Origin: Gemmatimonadota bacterium
GTDB taxonomy: Bacteria; Gemmatimonadota; Gemmatimonadetes; Gemmatimonadales; GWC2-71-9
DNA: 64,000 nucleotides
Reading direction: 5' to 3'
Assembly (NCBI GenBank): GCA_036679605.1
Contig: JAZDCZ010000398.1
Coordinates: forward strand, 64,001 to 128,000
Positions 29,962 through 37,777 of this stretch are shown piece by piece. How positions within the stretch are numbered: the stretch's first letter is position 1; every line of letters begins with the position of its first letter. The position numbers and the translations under genes were made by a program. The notes beneath the pieces are model-generated. The model saw nothing but the letters and a program-made list of their open reading frames with translations, ran no database searches and had not been told where the DNA came from.

Positions 29962-31026
29962 CAGTACACGACGCCGCATTCAACGGCCAAGGGCTCAGAA
30001 GATCAGGAACTCCTACGATGCATTTGGGCGGCTGGTTAAACGGGATGTTTCTGATACTATCAGCTATTATTGGTGGGACGGCGGGAATCTCTTTGCCGAG
30101 CTGGACGCTACGGGGCAGAAGAAGGCCGAGTACTCTTATTATCCTGGCTTGGACAACCTGCATGCTCTGGTCGACCAGGACGACAAGGTGTATTTTGCCC
30201 ACAGGGCCGCGGATAATAACGCGGATGTACGCGGATGCGGTGAATGCTCTCGATCACCTAAGCGCGAGCTCCGGGTTTTCGATGCGCGAGAGCACCGATC
30301 CGCGTTCATCCGCGCAACAGATCCGCGGCTTGGATGGGCCCGGAGGTGGATCTCTACTACATGAGGAATAGGTGGTACGAGGTGCACAGCGGGCGATTCT
30401 TGAGCGAGGACCCGATAGGACTGGGTGGTGGTATCAACGTCTACGCGTTTGCGGGTGGGAATCCGGTGTCGGGGAGAGATCCTAGTGGGCTCACTCCTTG
30501 CGATCCTCCGGTTATCGCGCACCAGCTCGACGCCAGTGGTAACTGTGAGCTCGTTATAATTGAGCTTGATCCTGTTATCCTTGATCCGGTGGTGGTGACC
30601 GGACTTAGGGGAGGGAGCGGAGGCTTTCCGTACACTGGCGTCCCGTTCGGGCGGAACCCAATCACGTCAAGCTTTGGCCCACGGGTACTAGACGGTGTAA
30701 GTGGTCACCACAATGGCATCGATATTCGAGGAGACAAGGGAACGCCCACAAGGGTAGTTTGCGAAGGAACGGTTACTTTCGCCGGTCCTGGAGCACCACG
30801 CGAGGGGATCAAGGTCACCATTTACCAAAATGGCTATTCTCAGTTCTACGTGCATTTGCATCGAGTTGCTGACGGAATCGAGGTTGGGTCCAGACTATCT
30901 CGTGGCCAAGTGATGGGCTATTCCGGTAAGACTGGTAACGCTACCGCCCCAAGCCTCCACTTTGGAGCGTACGGTCCAACTGGGTTCATAGACCCATTAG
31001 CCGGGGTACAATTTTGTGGTAACTAG
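29962..31026 (+). pseudogene. Orphan Rhs module 3 (fragmented core, ORF 30334-31026) with M23 peptidase tip
   Basis: Pieces QYTTPHSTAK, AQKIRNSYDAFG...YFAH, then WMGPEVDLYYMRNRWY...DPSGL; tip ITSSFGPR, HNGID (HxxxD), YVHL, G.SG.TGNATAPSLHF, DP. Confidence 0.88.
30206..30329. mobile_element. MITE/REP-like palindromic element interrupting Rhs module 3
   Basis: Arms GCCGCGGAT-N5-CGCGGATGTACGCGGAT and ATCCGCGTTCATCCGCG-N6-ATCCGCGGC; sits exactly where ~148 bp of Rhs core (24877-25024 equivalent) is missing. Confidence 0.7.
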
Positions 31027-31110
31027 CATCGAGATTTGAGTTCGATCATGTGACCTCGGTTCCAATGTCGCGTTTTCTGTGTCGGTAAGTATGTAATGGA
31101 GGTTATCGTC

Positions 31111-31821
31111 ATGAGTGCACTGCTCAGACAAATCGACTCACCCGGATCTCCGAGTATCGGGTTGCCGTCGTCGATAGCAAGCACGGCTGGAGTTGCGGTG
31201 TTGGTAGCCGTCATGGTGGGCTGCGCTAATGATGCCGCGGCTGGCCAAGCCACCCGAACCAAACCTTGGCGATCCCTCGGTCAGGTAACAATCCAGCTGG
31301 GTGACTGTAGTTCTATTCCCCCAACTGGTTCCTGTCAAATCTTCTACGGACAGAGCATCGAGATAGTCAGAGGCGTGAAATCCGATACGATCGGCCCGAT
31401 CTCAACAGTGCTAGGACCATGGGTACTCATGGATTCGACCTTGGTGCTCCCGTGGCTCGTGGAAGCGGATGGTTCATTGCAAGTCGAGCTGCGCGTCTAC
31501 CATAGGGATTCGGGTGAGATCACAGCCGTAAGTATGCCGAATGATTATGATCCTGCGTTTACGGGTGGACACTTGTTTCCGCCACGCGGACTCATGGCGT
31601 ATCGAGTCGCGCTGCCTGAAGAAGATGGCAGTCGTATTGTTGTGCGTACGTGGGGTGATTGGCGACTAGTAACGGAGGGGCCGCTCGTTAAAGGCTGTAC
31701 CGACACAGGCCTGGAGTACCATTGGTCTGTCAACGGACAGTATATTGTATGGTATCCGCCGCCATGTGAAGATGGTATTCCGGAACGGGACTCGGTCTAC
31801 GTCAAGAGCCCTAAGAGGTAG
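31111..31821 (+). CDS. Putative lipoprotein, candidate immunity protein 3
   Basis: Follows the M23 tip; GGAGG before ATG 31111; hydrophobic stretch ending MVGC. Confidence 0.68.
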   Translation: MSALLRQIDSPGSPSIGLPSSIASTAGVAVLVAVMVGCANDAAAGQATRTKPWRSLGQVTIQLGDCSSIPPTGSCQIFYGQSIEIVRGVKSDTIGPISTVLGPWVLMDSTLVLPWLVEADGSLQVELRVYHRDSGEITAVSMPNDYDPAFTGGHLFPPRGLMAYRVALPEEDGSRIVVRTWGDWRLVTEGPLVKGCTDTGLEYHWSVNGQYIVWYPPPCEDGIPERDSVYVKSPKR

Positions 31822-31889
31822 GAGCGAGTTCACTTAGAAGTGCAGCTGCCAAGCCCCTTTGGATGTGCATATCAGTCTTGTCTTGCACA

Positions 31890-32006
31890 TCAATCCGTCG
31901 CGGGATGGTCGATGCCGTTAGTTCTTCCCTCGGCGTCAACAACGTCCTTAAATGGTCGGAAGAACTGACCTAGGCTAACGTCCAGGGCTGTCAAGATCGC
32001 CCACAG
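31890..32006 (-). pseudogene. C-terminal relic of an XRE-HTH protein
   Basis: Minus strand reads LWAILTALDVSLGQFFRPFKDVV; homologous to 51684-51755. Confidence 0.55.
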
Positions 32007-32073
32007 TGGGCGTTGGAGCATGGCTCCAGATCTTGACGCATCATGTAGTCATGCCCTGATCTGGAGTGGCCGC

Positions 32074-32871
32074 GGTATTGTCAACTTGAGCCGGTGCCCC
32101 CCAGACTTCCCGGATGAAAACGAATACGAATGGCTACCACGGCCACCGGTTCCCTCGCGAAATCATCAGCCACAGCGTTTGGCTATACCATCGATTTTCC
32201 CTGAGCTTTCGCGATGTGGAAGAGCTCTTGGCGAAGCGGGGGATTGTCGTCACCTACGAGACCATCAGGCAATGGTGCCGGAAGTTCGGACCTGAGTACG
32301 CACGAAATCTCAAACGTCGCCAAGGTCGGCTCGGCGACGTGTGGCACCTGGATGAAGTCTTCGTGAACATCCAAGGCCAGCGTCACTATCTCTGGCGGGC
32401 TGTCGATCAAGACGGGGATGTGATCGACATCCTGGTTCAGCGATATCGTAATGCCCGGGCGGCCACACGGTTCTTCCGCAAGCTACTGAAGGGGCAGGAA
32501 GGCAAGCCGTGGCGATTGGTGACGGACAAGTTGAAGAGTTACGGAGCCGCTCGCCGGAGCATGATGCCTTCCGTGGATCACAACACGGTACGCTATGGGA
32601 ACAATCGAGCTGAGGTGTCGCATCAGCCGACACGACAACGAGAGCGTCAGATGCGAGGGTTCAAGTCAGCAGGCCAAGCACAGCGATTTCTATCGGTTCA
32701 CGGAGTCGTCCTGAACTTCTTCAGATTCGCGCGCCACCAGATGCGCTCAGAGAACTACCGACTGCTACGTGCACGATCCTTCAAAGAATGGAGTGCGGCT
32801 ACGGGCGCCTGAGCAATCCCGGCCGACCCCTTGCTTCGGCTTCACCCGGGTCCCATTAAGTTGACAATACC
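32074..32871 (+). mobile_element. IS6-family insertion sequence (798 bp)
   Basis: Perfect 14-bp terminal IRs GGTATTGTCAACTT / AAGTTGACAATACC; no obvious target-site duplication. Confidence 0.93.
32114..32812 (+). CDS. IS6 family DDE transposase
   Basis: HRFPREII, WHLDEVFV, YLWRAVDQDG, VTDKL.SY, NNRAEVSH. Confidence 0.96.
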   Translation: MKTNTNGYHGHRFPREIISHSVWLYHRFSLSFRDVEELLAKRGIVVTYETIRQWCRKFGPEYARNLKRRQGRLGDVWHLDEVFVNIQGQRHYLWRAVDQDGDVIDILVQRYRNARAATRFFRKLLKGQEGKPWRLVTDKLKSYGAARRSMMPSVDHNTVRYGNNRAEVSHQPTRQRERQMRGFKSAGQAQRFLSVHGVVLNFFRFARHQMRSENYRLLRARSFKEWSAATGA

Positions 32872-32954
32872 GAGTGGGTAAGTTCACAGGACTGGCGCCG
32901 GAGAGATTTCCCCGCGAGATTCGTAGCGCATCCTTGAACTCAAATGGAAAATGA

Positions 32955-33809
32955 ATGGCCTGGTTTCGCAAAGAACGTAAACTCCGCAAGCCAACACGGG
33001 AGCGACTTGAGATACCGCACGACGCTTGGGATAAGTGTGAGCAGTGCGGACATGTAGATCTCACTGAGAAATTCGACCGTGCCCTCCAGGTGTGCCTCGA
33101 ATGTGGTTATCACCGGCGCATCGGCGCGAATCGCTATTTGGACATACTGACCGACCCAGGCAGTTTTGTGGAGATGTTTCGTGAAGTCAGATCGGTCGAT
33201 GCTCTGAATTTTGAGGGATACGCTGAGCGTATCGAGCGGGCAGAGAAAAAAATCGGCACCCAGGATGCGGTGGTGACCGGGTCGGCCACAGTGAGCGGGT
33301 TGGCCGTGCACATTGCTGTAATGGAGTTCGCCTTCATGGGCGGATCAATGGGCTCGGTCGTCGGCGAGAAAATAGCGCGTTTGGTGGGTCGGTGCATCAA
33401 GAAAAGAACTCCACTCATTATTGTGTCGGCGTCTGGCGGTGCCCGGATGCAAGAGGGAGTCTTGAGTTTGATGCAAATGGCGAAGACATCGGCGCAGATT
33501 GCCCAGCTCAAGGAGGAGGCCCTGCCTTTCGTATCAATCCTAACTGATCCCACAACTGGCGGTGTGTCAGCGTCGTACGCGATGCAAGGGGACGTCAATA
33601 TCGCTGAACCGTGTGCACTCATTAGTTTTGCGGGGCCCCGGGTGATAAAGCAAACGATTGGCCAGGATATGCCTGATGGATTTCAGACATCCGAGTTCCT
33701 GGTCGAGCACGGTATGGTGGACCGCGTCGCGACTCGCAGCGAACTGAAAGACACCGTCTCGAGAGTGCTACATCTCATGCTCGCGATGGAAGAGCCCTCG
33801 CCCACCTAG
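32955..33809 (+). CDS. accD: Acetyl-CoA carboxylase carboxyltransferase beta subunit
   Basis: C4 zinc finger, FMGGSMGSVVGEK, SGGARMQEG, DPTTGGV. Confidence 0.98.
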   Translation: MAWFRKERKLRKPTRERLEIPHDAWDKCEQCGHVDLTEKFDRALQVCLECGYHRRIGANRYLDILTDPGSFVEMFREVRSVDALNFEGYAERIERAEKKIGTQDAVVTGSATVSGLAVHIAVMEFAFMGGSMGSVVGEKIARLVGRCIKKRTPLIIVSASGGARMQEGVLSLMQMAKTSAQIAQLKEEALPFVSILTDPTTGGVSASYAMQGDVNIAEPCALISFAGPRVIKQTIGQDMPDGFQTSEFLVEHGMVDRVATRSELKDTVSRVLHLMLAMEEPSPT

Positions 33810-33848
33810 TGCCCGCGTCCTAGCCCCAATAGAGCGCGACCGGCAGTC

Positions 33849-35066
33849 TTGCCCCAAACCGCAGATACTGAGAGATACCACGAAGCAGTACGGTTCCTGT
33901 TTGACCGCACTGCTGATCGAATCAAGTGGTCCCTCGAACCCACTAGGGAGCTGCTCGAGGTGCTCGGCCGACCCGACAAGCATTTTGATTCAATTCACAT
34001 AGGGGGCACTAACGGCAAAGGATCCGTGGCGGCGATGGTAGGTGCCGCTCTCCGTTGTGCGGGCTTTCGGGTCGCTGTTTACACATCGCCCCATCTCGTT
34101 GATGTGCGGGAGCGCATTATCGTCGATGATCGTCCGATCTCGGTCGATGGTTTCGTTAGTTGGAACGATCGATTGCGTGATGCGGTGCTGGCCAGCGACG
34201 CTAGCTTCTTTGAGGCGACGACGGCGATAGCCTTTGCCGATTTCGCCGCAAGAGGGGCTGATATAGCCGTAGTCGAAGTAGGGCTCGGCGGTAGGTTGGA
34301 CAGTACGAACGTGCTCAGTCCGCTCGTCAGTGCAGTGACGAACATTGCCGTTGAGCATACCGACTACTTGGGAGACTCGGTCGAGGAGATAGCCAAGGAG
34401 AAGGCCGGGATCGCAAAACCAGGTACGCCCTTCGTGATCGGCGAAACAGATCCTCGACTCGTCCAGGTGCTGACGTCGACAGCAGAAGAGGTGGGTGCGG
34501 TGTTGAGCGAGATCCCGGTGGCGGAGCGTTACGATGGCAGGTTGGGACTGGTCGGAAAACATCAGGCACGCAATGCGGCTGTTGCACAAAATATTCTCTC
34601 GAACCTGCCGGCTCGGTGGAGACCTCCGCCGAGTGCGATCGAGGAGGGATTCGCGAGAGCATGGTTGCCGGGCCGGTACGACCGCCGTGGGAAATGGCTC
34701 TTCGACGTAGCCCACAATGCAAGTGGCGTCTCGGCCCTAGTTGCCGAGCTGCAGCGGGATACGATTCCTCGGCCCCTCAATCTCTTATTCGCGGCATTGT
34801 CGGACAAGGATTGGGCGGCGATGCTCGTGATGCTGTTGGATCAGGTGGATGGAGCTTGGGTCAGTATTCCTCCCTCCGCCCCAGCTCAACGGCTTGTCGA
34901 ACTCGAGGAGGTGAAGCGGCGGTTCCCCGGAGTAGTCGTGAATTCTGATTTCGACAAGGCGCTGTCCGCCGTGCAACAGGGAGCCGGGACCATCTTGGTC
35001 ACTGGATCACTTCACACAGTTGGAGATGTTCTGAGCCGCTTGCCCGGCTTCCAGCCTCTCGGGTAG
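33849..35066 (+). CDS. folC: Folylpolyglutamate synthase/dihydrofolate synthase
   Basis: GGTNGKGS, YTSPHL, EVGLGGRLDSTN, DVAHN; start uncertain. Confidence 0.93.
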   Translation: MPQTADTERYHEAVRFLFDRTADRIKWSLEPTRELLEVLGRPDKHFDSIHIGGTNGKGSVAAMVGAALRCAGFRVAVYTSPHLVDVRERIIVDDRPISVDGFVSWNDRLRDAVLASDASFFEATTAIAFADFAARGADIAVVEVGLGGRLDSTNVLSPLVSAVTNIAVEHTDYLGDSVEEIAKEKAGIAKPGTPFVIGETDPRLVQVLTSTAEEVGAVLSEIPVAERYDGRLGLVGKHQARNAAVAQNILSNLPARWRPPPSAIEEGFARAWLPGRYDRRGKWLFDVAHNASGVSALVAELQRDTIPRPLNLLFAALSDKDWAAMLVMLLDQVDGAWVSIPPSAPAQRLVELEEVKRRFPGVVVNSDFDKALSAVQQGAGTILVTGSLHTVGDVLSRLPGFQPLG

Positions 35067-35075
35067 ATTGTTGCG

Positions 35076-36311
35076 ATGCAAAAGCAAGCCTTACCTGGGT
35101 TCCGGGATTTCTACCCGGACGAGGCAGCATTCCGAAATCACATCTTTGCAGCCTGGCGCGAGGTGGCGCGTCGCTACGGTTTCGAAGAGTACGATGGTCC
35201 TCCCCTGGAGCCGCTCGATCTGTATGTGAAGAAGAGCGGTGAGGAGATCGTGGGGCAATTATATGCGGCACGCATGGTGGCCGCGCGGGCGAGCGCACTC
35301 AAGAAACCGATTCGGTGGTTCTCGATGCCTCAACTAATGCGCTACGAGCGACCACAGCGCGGCCGGCTCAGAGAGCACTTCCAGCTCAACATGGATATCA
35401 TAGGCGAGTCAGGGCCACTCGCCGACGCCGAGTTGATTGCGGCTGCCTTGGATGTGATGCGCACGCTCGGTCTGGGTCCCAACGAAGTCCGAGTCAAGGT
35501 GTCGGATAGGCGAGTCGTACGGTCGCTGCTCGACGTTCACAGGCTCGACGAAGATCAGATTGCCGCGGCGTTTCAGGTCATAGACAAGATCGATCGCGAT
35601 CCGAGAGATGTACTGACGCACCGGTTCATGACCGCGACGGGTGTGACCGATGATGTCGCGCAACATGTGTTGTCTGTCGGAGACTTAAAAGGCGGAGAAG
35701 CCGTCGCGGCGGCGCTGCGTGAGGTACCGGGCGGCCCGGAAGCTGGTGAAGGACTCGCCGAGTGCGTAGAGGCGTTGGAAGCAATGGGGCTCTCGGAGTT
35801 CGTGGAGGTCGATCTGTCCATAGTGCGCGGTCTGGCATACTACACAGGAGTTGTATTCGAGCTGTTCGATGCCGGTGGATCACTCCGCGCCATTTGCGGA
35901 GGTGGGCGCTACGACGGGTTGTTGGCGAGTCTCGGTGGGCAGGACCTTCCTGCGGCAGGCTTTGGGATGGGAGATGTGGTGTTGGGAGAACTCTTGAAAG
36001 AACACGATGCCGGTCCGCCGGACCAGGGAAGACTAGACGCGTTTCTCATAGCCGTGACCATTGAAGAATTCCCGCAGGTGTTGAACCTCGCTCACCGGTT
36101 GAGGGATGCCGGGGTGAGGGTCGAGTTCGGGCTCAAACAACAGTCGATCGCAAAGCAACTGAAGCTTGCTGCGGCGAGACCTGCCGGTAGGGCAGTCATC
36201 ATCGGTCCGGATGAGCGCGCCAGCGGGCAGGCTGTAGTGAGGGATATGGCAACGGGAGTTGAGGAGAAAGTTGAGATCGATGCGTTGGTTAGCGACTACG
36301 ACTGGAGCTGA
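35076..36311 (+). CDS. hisS: Histidine--tRNA ligase (apparently lacking the RPExT segment)
   Basis: PGFRDF, RYERPQRGRLREHFQ, VRGLAYYTG, GGGRYD; reads GQLYA-ARMV without the usual F.DKG...LRPEMTP.L. Confidence 0.9.
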   Translation: MQKQALPGFRDFYPDEAAFRNHIFAAWREVARRYGFEEYDGPPLEPLDLYVKKSGEEIVGQLYAARMVAARASALKKPIRWFSMPQLMRYERPQRGRLREHFQLNMDIIGESGPLADAELIAAALDVMRTLGLGPNEVRVKVSDRRVVRSLLDVHRLDEDQIAAAFQVIDKIDRDPRDVLTHRFMTATGVTDDVAQHVLSVGDLKGGEAVAAALREVPGGPEAGEGLAECVEALEAMGLSEFVEVDLSIVRGLAYYTGVVFELFDAGGSLRAICGGGRYDGLLASLGGQDLPAAGFGMGDVVLGELLKEHDAGPPDQGRLDAFLIAVTIEEFPQVLNLAHRLRDAGVRVEFGLKQQSIAKQLKLAAARPAGRAVIIGPDERASGQAVVRDMATGVEEKVEIDALVSDYDWS

Positions 36312-36331
36312 AGGGATATTAGACGGAAATA

Positions 36332-37777
36332 ATGGCGCAAGAAAGGGCAATAACGACTCGGGCTGAAGATTTTAGCCAGTGGTACAACGATGTCATCATG
36401 CGTGCGGAGTTGGCCGACTACACACCGGTCAGAGGTTGCATGGTAATTCGTCCCAGAGGATACGGCATCTGGGAGCTGATGCAGCGCGCACTAGACGAGC
36501 GACTTAAGGAAACCGGACACAAGAACGCATATTTTCCGATGTTCATCCCCCAAAGTTTTCTCGAAAAGGAAGCCGAACATGTCGAGGGGTTCGCCCCCCA
36601 AACGGCTGTCGTGACTCAAGCCGCCGGCAAGGAGTTGGAGGAGCCCCTAGTCGTGCGTCCAACGTCGGAGACGATCATCTACTCGCTCTATTCCAAGTGG
36701 ATCCAGAGCTATAGAGACCTTCCACTTCTGCTCAACCAGTGGGTCAACGTCGTACGCTGGGAAATGCGTACGCGACTATTCTTGCGCACGACCGAGTTTC
36801 TCTGGCAAGAGGGTCACACCGCACACGCTACGGAAGAGGACGCGGAAGCGGAGGCGCGTCTGATACTCGGCGTGTATCGCCAGTTTATGGAGGATTGGAT
36901 GGCGATGCCCGTTGTTACGGGCGAGAAGACCGAGTCGGAGCGATTTGCCGGGGCAGTGCGGACATACGCATGCGAGGCCCTGATGCAGGACAATAAAGCG
37001 CTGCAGGCGGGCACGTCGCATCACCTCGGCCAAAATTTTGCCAAGGCGTTCGACACCAAGTTCCAAACTGCTGAAGGAAATCTCGAGTACGTGTGGAGCA
37101 CATCATGGGGTGTGTCGACTCGGTTGGTCGGTGGTTTGATAATGAGTCACAGTGACGACAAGGGATTGGTCTGTCCTCCGCGACTGGCGCCGGATCAGGT
37201 GGTGATCGTACCGATTTGGAGATCAGACGATCAGCGATCCGATGTGCTCGAAGTTGCCAATCGAGTGAAGGGTGATTTGGTTGGTCAGGGATTGCGTGTG
37301 GAGCTTGATGTGCGCGACATGAAACCGGGCGCCAAGTATTATGAGTGGGAGGCGAGAGGTGTGCCGGTTCGTTTGGAACTCGGACCACGTGACATCGCCG
37401 CGGAGCAGGCAGTTATGGTGAGACGCACGGGAGGTGGCAAGGAACCTGTTGGCCTTGGGGGACTCGGTGAGACGCTGGTATCAGTTCTGGACGACATTCA
37501 ACAAGGTCTCCTGACGGCAGCACGAGAACGACGCGAGGAAAACTCTGTACGAGGAATCTCTAAGGACGACCTGGTCTCATTGATGGATGGGCCAGGTGGA
37601 TTCGCATATGGTGGGTTCTGCGGCAAAGATGAATGCGAAACCAAGATCAAGGAGCAGACGAAGGCGACAGTGCGGGTCTTGCCAGACGCGGAGTTCCGGA
37701 GCAGCGACGCTCCAGCCAAGTGCGTGTGGTGCGGCGATAGTTCCATAACCGAAGCGGTGTGGGCCAAGGCGTATTGA
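36332..37777 (+). CDS. proS: Proline--tRNA ligase (archaeal/eukaryote-like type, C-terminal Zn domain)
   Basis: DFSQWY, RPTSET, FLRTTEFLWQEGHT, QAGTSHHLGQNF, SWGVSTR, C-terminal AKAY. Confidence 0.97.
   Translation: MAQERAITTRAEDFSQWYNDVIMRAELADYTPVRGCMVIRPRGYGIWELMQRALDERLKETGHKNAYFPMFIPQSFLEKEAEHVEGFAPQTAVVTQAAGKELEEPLVVRPTSETIIYSLYSKWIQSYRDLPLLLNQWVNVVRWEMRTRLFLRTTEFLWQEGHTAHATEEDAEAEARLILGVYRQFMEDWMAMPVVTGEKTESERFAGAVRTYACEALMQDNKALQAGTSHHLGQNFAKAFDTKFQTAEGNLEYVWSTSWGVSTRLVGGLIMSHSDDKGLVCPPRLAPDQVVIVPIWRSDDQRSDVLEVANRVKGDLVGQGLRVELDVRDMKPGAKYYEWEARGVPVRLELGPRDIAAEQAVMVRRTGGGKEPVGLGGLGETLVSVLDDIQQGLLTAARERREENSVRGISKDDLVSLMDGPGGFAYGGFCGKDECETKIKEQTKATVRVLPDAEFRSSDAPAKCVWCGDSSITEAVWAKAY

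Noticed and set aside
21266..31821. Type VI secretion-linked Rhs
   Set aside because: No PAAR, VgrG, Hcp or EagR genes; the Rhs has a Sec-type signal peptide
32064..32880. Target-site duplication around IS6
   Set aside because: The 8-bp flanks (GTGGCCGC vs GAGTGGGT) do not match
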